From assembly GCA_035534595.1 (NCBI GenBank), contig DATLRR010000017.1, forward strand, positions 24,172-88,171: a DNA stretch of 64,000 nucleotides, read 5' to 3'. The notes beneath the pieces were generated by a model, which worked only from the letters and a program-made list of their open reading frames with translations, was not told the DNA's origin and ran no database searches. Below are positions 7,691 through 16,511 of the stretch, piece by piece; within the stretch, counting starts at the first letter, position 1, and every line of letters begins with the position of its first letter. The DNA is from Nitrososphaerales archaeon (GTDB lineage: Archaea > Thermoproteota > Nitrososphaeria > Nitrososphaerales > Gagatemarchaeaceae). Position numbers and translations under genes: made by a program.

Positions 7691-8722
7691 ATGAAGGCGG
7701 TCAGATTCCATCAGCACGGCGGGCCCGAGGTGCTCCAGTACGAGGACGCGCCCGACCCCGTCATCAAGAGCCCCGACGAGACGCTGATCAGGGTCAAGGC
7801 CTGCGCCCTGAACCACCTCGACATATGGGGGCGGATAGGGCCGCCCTACTCCAAGCCCCCGCTTCCCCACATCTCGGGTTGCGACATCGCCGGGGTGGTC
7901 GAGGAGGCCCCCCCGCACGAGAAGGGGCTGCGGAAGGGGATGGAGGTGATAGTGAGCCCGGGGGTCGGGTGCGGGAGGTGCGAGAGGTGCCTAAGCGGTT
8001 CGGACAACCAGTGCCGCCACTACTCGGTCATCGGGAACGAGTCCGACGGCGGGTACGCGGAGCTGGTCGCCGTCCCCTCGAGGAACGTCCTGCCCAAGCC
8101 CGAGAGGATGGACTTTGTGCAGGCGGCCTCCGTCCCGCTGGTCTTCCTGACTGCCTACCACATGCTCGTGACGAAGGCCAAGGTCAAGCCCGGGGAGACG
8201 GTGATGGTCCTCGGGGCGGGCTCCGGGGTCGGGGTCGCGGCTATCCAGATAGCGAAGGCGTACAACGCCAGCGTGATCGCGACGGCGGGCACCGACTCTA
8301 AGCTCGCGAAGGCGGTGGAGCTCGGCGCCGACCACACCGTGAACCACAAGACCACGAAGGTCTCTGACGAGGCGAGAAAGTACACCGACGGGAAGGGAGT
8401 GGACGTGGTAATCGAGCATCCGGGCAAGGCAACCTGGGAGGAGAGCCTAAGGTCGGTCGCGAAGGGGGGGAGGATAGTCACGTGCGGGGCGACGACCGGG
8501 TACGATGCGGTCACGGACCTCAGGTACGTCTTCGCCAGGGAGATCACGATATTCGGGAGCTACATGGGAGGGAGCGGGGAGCTGCTCAGGGTCCTGGAGC
8601 TCTTCAAGCAGAGGAAGCTGAGGCCCGTCGTGGACTTTACGCTGCCTCTCAGCATGGCGGGAGACGCGCAGGTCAGGATGGAGAAGAGCGAGCACTTCGG
8701 GAAGATCGTCTTGACGATCTAG
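7691..8722 (+). CDS. zinc-type alcohol dehydrogenase / quinone oxidoreductase (MDR family)
   Basis: N-terminus MKAVRFHQHGGPEVL, structural Zn site GCGRCERCLSGSDNQC, Rossmann motif VLGAGSGVG. Confidence 0.85.
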   Translation: MKAVRFHQHGGPEVLQYEDAPDPVIKSPDETLIRVKACALNHLDIWGRIGPPYSKPPLPHISGCDIAGVVEEAPPHEKGLRKGMEVIVSPGVGCGRCERCLSGSDNQCRHYSVIGNESDGGYAELVAVPSRNVLPKPERMDFVQAASVPLVFLTAYHMLVTKAKVKPGETVMVLGAGSGVGVAAIQIAKAYNASVIATAGTDSKLAKAVELGADHTVNHKTTKVSDEARKYTDGKGVDVVIEHPGKATWEESLRSVAKGGRIVTCGATTGYDAVTDLRYVFAREITIFGSYMGGSGELLRVLELFKQRKLRPVVDFTLPLSMAGDAQVRMEKSEHFGKIVLTI

Positions 8723-9177
8723 GCCCGGGCTATCTCGTAGGAGAAGGAGACAGAGGCCTTGGCGTTGATGGTGGCGGCCACGCTGCAGAATTTCTTGATG
8801 CTGTCGGTCACCGCCTCCTTCACGTACTTCTCCTCGAGGGCCGCTCCTCCCACGAGATACCTCAGGTGGATCTCCGTGAAAGGCTTCGGGTAGCCGTACT
8901 TCGGGCGCTTGCCCGAGACCTCGACCGTCAGCGAGACTAGCCTCTGTTTCCTCTTGAGAAGGATCGCGGCGACATCCATGCCGGAGCACGCTCCCAGCGA
9001 TGTGAGGAGGGCGTTCATGGGGCCTATCCCCTTTGGACGCGGCTTCGTCCTGGTCGGCGTCGGGAGCGCAGAGTCGAAGACCACCGAGTGGCCGGCCTCG
9101 TCGCTGCCGAGGAAGAGGTCGTCCTCCACCCACTTGACCTCGACTCTGGAGACGGTGGAGGCGTCCTCCGAGCTCAC
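8719..9177 (-). CDS. OsmC/Ohr-family peroxiredoxin-like protein
   Basis: Contains GPMNALLTSLGACSGMDV...KFCSVAATI. GTG 9177 overlaps the upstream TGA (GTGA). The track ORF extends to 9249. Confidence 0.75.
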   Translation of the reverse strand: MSSEDASTVSRVEVKWVEDDLFLGSDEAGHSVVFDSALPTPTRTKPRPKGIGPMNALLTSLGACSGMDVAAILLKRKQRLVSLTVEVSGKRPKYGYPKPFTEIHLRYLVGGAALEEKYVKEAVTDSIKKFCSVAATINAKASVSFSYEIARA

Positions 9178-9722
9178 TCTATCTTGACCTCGACGGGCTT
9201 TGACTTGCCAGAGGTCTTGCCCTTCTCGATGTACACCCTGCGCCCCCATGCGACGTTGACGCTCGCAACGAGCCTGCGTGTGCCCCTGCCGAGGGACTTG
9301 GCGGGGATGTCGAACCGCTTGGTGACGTCGAGGAACTTCGACCTCGCGTCCTCCGCGCTGACGGGGATGATTGGGGCTCCGCCGTCCTCATGGACCACGG
9401 CCGCCCAGATCCTGTAGGGAAGGTCTGGGTCCCTGCTCCAGTAGAACCGCGCTCTCCTTACCTCCCTCCCCGAGGTGGCGAGCCTCTTCCCGGCGGAGAC
9501 CGTGGTGTCCATCATCAGCCTCACCAGCTTGTCGTTGTCTTCCCAGGCAATCGTCCAGACGTTCGGAGCGAAGGACTCCCTGAGCCCGCCCACCACCCGG
9601 AAGCCCACCGTGAGCCCGATGTCTTCGTCGAGCGACACGACTCCTTTGTCCAGGATCATGCTTACGTCTGCGAGGGCCGTCTTCGGCCACGAATAATCGC
9701 CCCGTCTATCCATGAGCGACAT
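9174..9722 (-). CDS. hypothetical protein (182 aa), coupled to the OsmC gene
   Basis: Clean ORF with window-typical codon usage. I do not recognise a family. Confidence 0.65.
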   Translation of the reverse strand: MSLMDRRGDYSWPKTALADVSMILDKGVVSLDEDIGLTVGFRVVGGLRESFAPNVWTIAWEDNDKLVRLMMDTTVSAGKRLATSGREVRRARFYWSRDPDLPYRIWAAVVHEDGGAPIIPVSAEDARSKFLDVTKRFDIPAKSLGRGTRRLVASVNVAWGRRVYIEKGKTSGKSKPVEVKIE

Positions 9723-9813
9723 ATGTGATTACGTCCCCTAGCCCCGCGTTATAAAACTGAAGGTCACCAAACGCCTATAAGGTCTGAGGGGCTTGCGGGT
9801 GACGTTTCCTCGG

Positions 9814-10605
9814 ATGGAAGAAGAGCGAGACCCCGGCGCGGGAGTCCGTCCCTCCACTGTGCCCACCGACGGGGTCGCGGCGCACGGATCAAAGACGACT
9901 GCGCACGACGCATACGTGGAGAGGCACCCGCACATCTCAGGAAGAGGCCTGATCTCAGCATCCGCGTTGGGCCTGGCCGACGGGCTCGTGACGAACCTGG
10001 CCTTCCTCACGGGATTCGGCGGGGCCGTCTCCGGCGACGCGCTGATACGGTTCGCAGGCCTCGCGGCCATGCTCGCTGGCACGGTCTCCATGTTCTTCGG
10101 AGGGATCCTGAGCGCGCGGTCCGAGCACGACCTCTTCAGGGCCGATTCCAACAGGGAGGCCTACGAGATGGAGTACGAGACGGAGGAGGAAAAGTCAGAG
10201 ATGAAGTGGATATACATGGACAAGGGCCTGACCGAGCAAGAGTCTGACATGGTGGTTGCCAGGCTTCTGACCGACAAGAAGAAGTTCCTGGAGGACATGC
10301 TGACGAACGAGCTGCACGTCCACGAGCACAACCTCCAGAACCCCTACAAGCTGGGGGCGGTCATCGGCCTCTCCTTCCTGGTCGGCTCATTCGTCCCCCT
10401 CGCACCCTACTATGTGTTCACGGTCAAGTCATCCGCGGTGGCGGCCTCGGTCGCGGTGTCCCTGATATTCCTCTTCGCTGCCGGAGAGTGGAAGGGGCGC
10501 ATAGTGAAGCGGAAGCCCCTGAGGAGCGGGCTCGAGACGTTGCTGATCGGGGCGGTCGCTGCGGGGATCCTGTTCGTCATCGGCAGCGCCTTCGCCTTCG
10601 TCTGA
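9814..10605 (+). CDS. VIT1/CCC1-family iron/manganese transporter
   Basis: Contains SASALGLADGLVTNLAFLTG, an acidic cytosolic helix region (EYETEEEKSEM) and C-terminal TM helices. ATG 9814, with TTG 9793 as an alternative. Confidence 0.75.
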   Translation: MEEERDPGAGVRPSTVPTDGVAAHGSKTTAHDAYVERHPHISGRGLISASALGLADGLVTNLAFLTGFGGAVSGDALIRFAGLAAMLAGTVSMFFGGILSARSEHDLFRADSNREAYEMEYETEEEKSEMKWIYMDKGLTEQESDMVVARLLTDKKKFLEDMLTNELHVHEHNLQNPYKLGAVIGLSFLVGSFVPLAPYYVFTVKSSAVAASVAVSLIFLFAAGEWKGRIVKRKPLRSGLETLLIGAVAAGILFVIGSAFAFV

Positions 10606-10610
10606 CCGCG

Positions 10611-11741
10611 CTAGGCCACGCAGACGGACTCGATAATCCTGGCGTAGATGGAGAGGGCCTTCTTCGCCTCGCCGAGCTCCACGAACTCGTCGATCACGTG
10701 GGCCTGCTTCAGGCTTCCTGGGCCGAGGACTATTGAGGGGATGCCGTGCTCCGCGTAGAGCGCGGCCTCTGTGCCGTAGGGCGCGACCTCCGACTTGAAT
10801 CCGCTGAGCGATTCCGCGAGCCTCACGGCTGGGTGGGCTCGGGGGAGCTTCAACGAGGGACTGTCGTAGAGCAGCTCGACCCGCGCGTCCAGCGTCGGGT
10901 CCTTTCTCCTGAGGGAGGCGACCATCGAGTTCAGGCCCTTCTCGACGAAGGCGGTCCCGTGCTTCGGCACCCACCGCGAGTCCACGATCAGCTCGCACGA
11001 GTCCGGAATCACGTTGCTCTTGGTCCCTCCCCTGACCACGGTGGGCGTCGCGATCGTGCTCCCCAGTTCTCTGTCGGGAGCCCTGCCGAGGCTGCGGCTC
11101 CAGGCGGAGAGCGCCTCCACGATGCTCGCGCACTTCTCTATCGCGTTGACCCCGAGCTCCGGCTTGCTCGCGTGGCCGCTCCTGCCCCTGACGGTGATCC
11201 GGAAGTCGGCCAGACCCTTGTGCGCCCGGATCGGTCTCAGCCTCGTCGGCTCCCCCATGACGCCGAGCCTCGCCGCGCCCTCCTGGATGAGCTTGCGCGC
11301 GTAGATCGCCTTGAGGCCGTCGAACCCCACCTCTTCCCCCGCGGTGGCCACGAAGAGCAGGCCGCGGCGCATCTTCCTCTTCGACGTCGCCTCGATCGCC
11401 TTGAGGATCGCAGCGAGCCCCGTCTTCATGTCAGCGGCTCCCCTGCCATACAGCCTCCCGCCCTTGACGACCCCTTCGAACGGAGGGGAGGACCAGGCTG
11501 ACTCGTCTCCCGCAGGCACGACGTCGATGTGACCGCCGAGCAGGAGGCCGGGCTCCTTCGGGCCGAACCTGGCCACGATGTTCGCCCTTCCGGCTTCGAA
11601 CCTGTCGAGACGAAGCTCTGCCCCCTCGACGCGGAGGTCAGCGAGGAAGTCGTGTATGTATCGGGCGCACCCTTCTTCGTTTCCCGGCGGGATCTCGGTC
11701 CTGAACCCGATGAGGGACGCGGCCAGCTCGACTAGCTCCAA
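10611..11741 (-). CDS. M20-family metallopeptidase (ArgE/DapE/LysK-like deacylase)
   Basis: GGHIDVVPAGDESAWSSPPFEG...GRGAADMKTGLAA. Confidence 0.85.
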   Translation of the reverse strand: MELVELAASLIGFRTEIPPGNEEGCARYIHDFLADLRVEGAELRLDRFEAGRANIVARFGPKEPGLLLGGHIDVVPAGDESAWSSPPFEGVVKGGRLYGRGAADMKTGLAAILKAIEATSKRKMRRGLLFVATAGEEVGFDGLKAIYARKLIQEGAARLGVMGEPTRLRPIRAHKGLADFRITVRGRSGHASKPELGVNAIEKCASIVEALSAWSRSLGRAPDRELGSTIATPTVVRGGTKSNVIPDSCELIVDSRWVPKHGTAFVEKGLNSMVASLRRKDPTLDARVELLYDSPSLKLPRAHPAVRLAESLSGFKSEVAPYGTEAALYAEHGIPSIVLGPGSLKQAHVIDEFVELGEAKKALSIYARIIESVCVA

Positions 11742-11840
11742 CTTGCCCGTGCCCGCTTGCCATGCGCCGTTGTTATTGCTTTCCCGGGCCGGCCCTGGAC
11801 CAAGGTTAAAGCGACGGCAGGGGGCGCCGACCCCGGTCGG

Positions 11841-12638
11841 ATGGACAGCCCCGCCCCCGTCGTCTCCCTCTCAAACGTCAGCCTCGTCCTCGACGGGAAG
11901 AGGGTGCTCAGTCACGTCGACTGGGACGTGTTGCCGGGAGAGAACTGGGTCGTGATAGGCCCCAACGGGGCGGGGAAGACGAGCCTCCTGAGCATCATCA
12001 ACGGATACAGGTGGCCTTCGAGCGGGTCGGTCTCTGTCCTGGGGAGGAGGTTCGGCGACTCCGACCTCCGCGAGCTGAGGACCGAGACCGGCCTTGCGAG
12101 CTCCTATCTAGACTCGATGATCGACGGGGACGAGAAGGTCCTCGACCTGGTGGTGAGCGGAAAGTTCGGCTCGGTCCGGGTGTGGGGGAAGGTGAAGGCG
12201 GCCGACGTCGCCAGGGCGACGTCCCTCCTCAAGGCGATAGGGTGCGGCATGCAGCTCGGGAAGACGCTCTCAAAGCTCTCTCAGGGGGAGAGGCAGAAGG
12301 TCGCCATCGCCAGGGCCATGATGGCGAGGCCGAGGCTGCTCGTCCTCGACGAGCCTTGCGAGGGGCTAGACATCGCCGCGCGGGAGAGCTTCCTCGACGG
12401 CCTCGCGCCCCTGCTCTCGAGGAGGGGCGGGCCGTCCTTCATCGAGGTGACGCACAGGACGGAGGACATCCCGCCGGGGTTCACCCACGCCCTCTTGCTG
12501 AGAGGGGGGCGGGTGGTCGGCTCGGGGGAGATAGGGGCGACCCTCACGAGCGAGAAGCTGTCCCGCTGCCTCGGCACGGAGGTCGAGCTGAGGAGCTGGG
12601 GAGGCAGGTTCTACATGATGGCCGCGAAGAAGCGCTGA
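11841..12638 (+). CDS. ABC transporter ATP-binding protein (no adjacent permease)
   Basis: Walker A GPNGAGKTS, signature LSQGERQKV, Walker B LLVLDEP. ATG 11841 lies inside track ORF 11757..12638. Confidence 0.85.
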   Translation: MDSPAPVVSLSNVSLVLDGKRVLSHVDWDVLPGENWVVIGPNGAGKTSLLSIINGYRWPSSGSVSVLGRRFGDSDLRELRTETGLASSYLDSMIDGDEKVLDLVVSGKFGSVRVWGKVKAADVARATSLLKAIGCGMQLGKTLSKLSQGERQKVAIARAMMARPRLLVLDEPCEGLDIAARESFLDGLAPLLSRRGGPSFIEVTHRTEDIPPGFTHALLLRGGRVVGSGEIGATLTSEKLSRCLGTEVELRSWGGRFYMMAAKKR

Positions 12639-12698
12639 GAGCCCGGCCCGAATCGATGCTCTTTTATTGGGCGCGGCGGTCGGACCCCCGAGGTCCCG

Positions 12699-13448
12699 AT
12701 GTGGGAGAGGCTAGAGGTAGACGGGCGGCCTGCCGTGGAGGACTCGGTCCTCATCGTCGCGCTGTCCACGATGGTCCCCCAGTACGAGGGGCTCTACTCT
12801 CACGCGAGGGAGCTCGCCAGGTTCCTGCTCCGGAAGATGGATTTCACGCGGTTCGCGACCCTCTACTCCTCCTCGCTCCCGGCCGACGTCGCCATAGGGG
12901 ACGACGGCCTCGCGCGGCTCCGCTCGAACAGCTTCTATTCCTTCGCCGGGAAGAGGCGGATCATCATGCTGGCCGGGGACGGCTCCCCCTTCGACGACCA
13001 GCAAGAGTACGCCAACAGCGTACTCTCCTACGCGAGCCAGCTTGGGGCCAAGGTGGCGATATCCGTGGGCGCGAGGTGGTCCGAGTCTCCTCTCCCTCCC
13101 GGGTTCCCGTTGAAGCCTGTCGGGTTCGCTTCAGATGCGGCCGGCGTCAAGGAGCTCGAGGGTCTGGGCGTCACGATAACGAGGGGCGAGCCGGGCCCCT
13201 TCTTCGCCAACCTAGTGGTCGGGATGTCCGGAGACTACGGGATGAGGGGCTACAAGGTCGGGGTGGACCACGGGGAGCCCCTCCCGCACCCGCGGTCCCT
13301 GATCAAGATCATCGGCGTGCTCTCGAAGATGCTGGACTTCGAGGTCAACGTGAAGGAGCTGGTGGTGCGCGCCAAGGAATTGGAGACGGAGGGCGTGGAC
13401 GAGCCGCTTCCGGACGTCCGCCGCGAGCGCGGCGGGATATACGGCTAG
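12699..13448 (+). CDS. PAC2-family proteasome assembly chaperone-like protein (PbaA/B-like)
   Basis: PAC2-like core (LPADVAIGDDG...RIIMLAGDGSPFDDQQEYANSVL...GAKVAISVGA). The C-terminus ...GGIYG fits an HbYX motif. Confidence 0.7.
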   Translation: MWERLEVDGRPAVEDSVLIVALSTMVPQYEGLYSHARELARFLLRKMDFTRFATLYSSSLPADVAIGDDGLARLRSNSFYSFAGKRRIIMLAGDGSPFDDQQEYANSVLSYASQLGAKVAISVGARWSESPLPPGFPLKPVGFASDAAGVKELEGLGVTITRGEPGPFFANLVVGMSGDYGMRGYKVGVDHGEPLPHPRSLIKIIGVLSKMLDFEVNVKELVVRAKELETEGVDEPLPDVRRERGGIYG

Positions 13449-13498
13449 GCGCGAGCCCGCAAACCCCTAAATAACTCCTAAAACCCTTGGTTTCTGTT

Positions 13499-13828
13499 AT
13501 GTCCGCAGTCGAAGAGGTAGACCTGAAGGAGGTCCAGCGCCAGCTTGCGAAGGTCGTGGACCCAGAGATAGGCATGCCCATCGTCGAGATGAACCTCATC
13601 GACAAGCTCGAGGTCCAGGACGGGAACGTCGTGATAGAGTACCACGCGACGACGCCCTACTGTCCCCCAATCTTCGCCCTGAAGATATCGCAGGACATGA
13701 AGAACTACGCCCAGCAGGTGAAGGGCGTGAAGGACGTCAAGGTCACGGTCAAGGGACACTACCTTGCTGACGCGGTCAACAAGCAGGTCAACAAGCCGCC
13801 GGCCCAGCAGCCTCCCCAGGCCAAGTGA
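13499..13828 (+). CDS. DUF59/MIP18 (SufT-like) Fe-S assembly domain protein
   Basis: LAKVVDPEIGMPIVEMNLI...VIEYHATTPYCPP. Confidence 0.75.
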   Translation: MSAVEEVDLKEVQRQLAKVVDPEIGMPIVEMNLIDKLEVQDGNVVIEYHATTPYCPPIFALKISQDMKNYAQQVKGVKDVKVTVKGHYLADAVNKQVNKPPAQQPPQAK

Positions 13829-13890
13829 CCCGAGGCGCGCGGCGGCTCGGCCACCATTCACGCACCACCCAGTCTTGTCCGGTGTAGCAG

Positions 13891-14199
13891 ATGACGGGAA
13901 GGGTCGACGGCATCGAGGCCGCCTTCTACCGGGTAAAGTCGTCCGCCGAGAGGGTGATGGGAGGCGACGAATCCTCCAAGGACCGGTCGTTCCAGGACAT
14001 CTTCGCTCTCAACAACGAGATAGGGAGGCTCGCCCGCGAGAGGCCCGGCACGATGGCCAGGATGAAGGAGCTGCAGGCCTACGTGAACATGATCACGGTC
14101 GGCATCAAGTACGAAAAGGCGGCCGAGGTGCGCGAGGGGCTCTCCGTCACAGAGGAGTCGATCAAGGCCATGAAGAAAGAGTTCGCCATGGCGCCGTAA
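13891..14199 (+). CDS. hypothetical helical protein (102 aa)
   Basis: ATG-led ORF with native composition. No family recognised. Confidence 0.5.
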   Translation: MTGRVDGIEAAFYRVKSSAERVMGGDESSKDRSFQDIFALNNEIGRLARERPGTMARMKELQAYVNMITVGIKYEKAAEVREGLSVTEESIKAMKKEFAMAP

Positions 14200-14233
14200 G
14201 GATTTATTAGAAGGCCGAACTTAATTTGGCCGC

Positions 14234-14644
14234 ATGGCAGAGGCTAAGGTCAGCGATTTCGTCACCGTCAAGGTCGCCGAGGTCGGGTTTGCCGACGAGG
14301 ACGGCCTCGAGGGGCTCGTCCTCCTGAAGGCGCAGGCGGACGGGACCTTCACGATGCGAGCGTTCTCTGGGGAGACCGCGATGCACATGTCGAGGTTCGA
14401 CAAAGGGGACCGCTCGTCGATCCCGTCGGTCTACAACATGATAGAGGAGTTCGCGGAGAAGCAGGGCCTCCATCTCGCGGGTATCGAGGTGTACCCCTCG
14501 GGGAGCGTGCTGAGGTCTGACCTCCAGTTCGTCGGGAGGGGGAAGGAGATGCTGCTGCGAGGGTACAGGGCCTCTGACGCCATCGCGATCGCGCTCTTCT
14601 ACGACGCCCCGATACTCCTCCACCGCTCTCTTCTGGAGCGCTAA
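14234..14644 (+). CDS. bifunctional nuclease (BFN/DUF151) family protein, divergent
   Basis: The architecture and C-terminal RASDAIAIALFYDAPILL match the RPSDAIALA...PI motif. The central RPLTHDL-type motif is replaced by SIPSVYNM. Confidence 0.6.
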   Translation: MAEAKVSDFVTVKVAEVGFADEDGLEGLVLLKAQADGTFTMRAFSGETAMHMSRFDKGDRSSIPSVYNMIEEFAEKQGLHLAGIEVYPSGSVLRSDLQFVGRGKEMLLRGYRASDAIAIALFYDAPILLHRSLLER

Positions 14645-14685
14645 GAAAGTTAAAAGCGCCGCGCGCGCCGAGCCGCCCGACCGTC

Positions 14686-15054
14686 TTGGTTAAGATCTCG
14701 TTCAAGCCCTACGAGGAGCTGATAGTCCACGAGCACCAGCGCTTCGCCCTCGAGGACCTGATCAGGATGAGGTGCACGGGGATGCCGGTGGGGAGCGTAG
14801 CCCCGAACTTCCAGTGGGCGGAGGGACTGGTGATGTGGAGGGAGACCTTCCCTCAGAACGAGATGATAACGAAGGAGAACCTTGACGGGCGCGTGCACTG
14901 GCTCTGGGTAGGATACTCCGAGATGCCGGAGTACAAGCCCGGCCTGGTGTACAAGGAGACGAGCGTGACCATCCCCGTGATAGACCTGGGCAATAACCCC
15001 GTCTACAGCGCGGCCGCCAAGTGGCTCAACGAGCAGCAGAAAGGGCAGCGCTGA
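14686..15054 (+). CDS. hypothetical protein (122 aa)
   Basis: TTG-led ORF with native codon usage. No family recognised. Confidence 0.55.
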   Translation: MVKISFKPYEELIVHEHQRFALEDLIRMRCTGMPVGSVAPNFQWAEGLVMWRETFPQNEMITKENLDGRVHWLWVGYSEMPEYKPGLVYKETSVTIPVIDLGNNPVYSAAAKWLNEQQKGQR

Positions 15055-15061
15055 CCCGCGT

Positions 15062-16114
15062 TTGTCGGTCGACTTGAAGGACAAAAAGGGGCGCTCGAGG
15101 CTCTCTCTGGGGAAGCTCCCGCCGGACGTCATGGGGAGGTACCTCTTCGGGATGACCGGGGCGAGGTCGAGGAGGGTCGTCGTCGAGCCCTCGCTCGGGC
15201 TGGACTTTGGGGTGGTGAGGCTCGGGGGAGAGAAGGCCAAGGGCAGGTACCTCATCGTCTCGTCCGACCCGATAACGGGGGTGAGCGAGAGGGCGGGCTG
15301 GTACGCGGTCAACGTCAGCGCGAACGACGTCGCGACGAGCGGGAACAGGCCCGAGTTCATGCAATCGATAATACTCCTCCCGGAACACGCCTCCGAAGGC
15401 GATGTGAGAACTATTTCGTCCGAAATGCACGAGACGGCCAGGCGTCTTGGAATCGCCATCGTCGGCGGCCATACCGAACTCAGCCCCGGGTTGGACAGAC
15501 CTATCATCATTACCACAGCATTCGCTTTCGCAAGTTCGTTCGTGACCGCAGCCGGAGCACGTGACGGTGACTCACTCCTGATGACGAAAACCGCCGGAGT
15601 GGAAGGAACCGCAATCATCGGGAGTGATAAGCGGTATCGTAAGCGGCTCGGCGGAAAAGGAGTCGCGGATGCGGAGAAGTATTTCGAGAAGATGAGCGTG
15701 GTAAAGGAGGCTGTGTCAGCCTACAAGACAGGAGTAGTGCATGCGATGCATGACTGCACCGAAGGAGGGGTTATCGGGGCACTCTATGAGATTGCAACCG
15801 CTTCAGGCCTAGGCCTTGAAGTGGCGCAAGAAAGCATTCCTATATCCATGGAAACCCTGAAGGTTTGCGCCGTTGTGGGAGTAGACCCGCTGAAGTTGAT
15901 TAGTTCCGGCACGCTACTTCTCTCGGTTGAGCCGGGCAAAGAGGACCGTGTACTGGATGCTATCTCTTCTGTCAACTCTAGCGCAAGCGTAGTTGGAAGA
16001 TTCACGAGGGGGAAGGTCGTCTTGACAAGAGGCAAGTCAAGGACTGTCGTAAGCACTGCTCCCAGGGATGAAATCTGGAGACTGCATCAGCAAAGCCAGT
16101 CTCGTTCAGCGTAG
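15062..16114 (+). CDS. AIR-synthase-related (PurM/HypE/ThiL superfamily) protein
   Basis: VSANDVATSG, IVGGHTE and MHDCTEGGV motifs. Composition switches at about 15350 inside the gene. Confidence 0.8.
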   Translation: MSVDLKDKKGRSRLSLGKLPPDVMGRYLFGMTGARSRRVVVEPSLGLDFGVVRLGGEKAKGRYLIVSSDPITGVSERAGWYAVNVSANDVATSGNRPEFMQSIILLPEHASEGDVRTISSEMHETARRLGIAIVGGHTELSPGLDRPIIITTAFAFASSFVTAAGARDGDSLLMTKTAGVEGTAIIGSDKRYRKRLGGKGVADAEKYFEKMSVVKEAVSAYKTGVVHAMHDCTEGGVIGALYEIATASGLGLEVAQESIPISMETLKVCAVVGVDPLKLISSGTLLLSVEPGKEDRVLDAISSVNSSASVVGRFTRGKVVLTRGKSRTVVSTAPRDEIWRLHQQSQSRSA

Positions 16115-16124
16115 TCGTTCCGAC

Positions 16125-16445
16125 CTATTTCAGCGGAGCGCCACAGGATTCGCATTTGGTTCGAAGTTGGTCATTCAACACACCGCAGTGCTTGCAAGGG
16201 ACCCTGACGACGACATGAATTTCTTTCTCCTTTACCAAGGCAGGACTCGGGCTGGCGGAAGCTTCGAGCGCGGCTTGTGAGCCTTTTGCCTGCCGCCGAT
16301 AATACCGGAACATGACGTACCCCACGACGATCAGGATTATGCCGATGAGCCCGCTCACAAAGAGGAGGGTGAAGAGACCGAGCAGCATCATGCCTATGCT
16401 CGAATAGCGGGTGAGCCTGTCGTGGTGCACCGTGACTTTGGCCAT
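16125..16445 (-). CDS. small membrane protein with C-terminal zinc ribbon
   Basis: TM segment IGMMLLGLFTLLFVSGLIGIILIVVGYV, then CKHCG...CESCG. Confidence 0.6.
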   Translation of the reverse strand: MAKVTVHHDRLTRYSSIGMMLLGLFTLLFVSGLIGIILIVVGYVMFRYYRRQAKGSQAALEASASPSPALVKEKEIHVVVRVPCKHCGVLNDQLRTKCESCGAPLK

Positions 16446-16511
16446 TCTTCGCCCTCGCCATTCCCCAGTCGCGCGCTGCGTTAAACCTCTCGGACGCCCG
16501 CGAAGCGGCTC

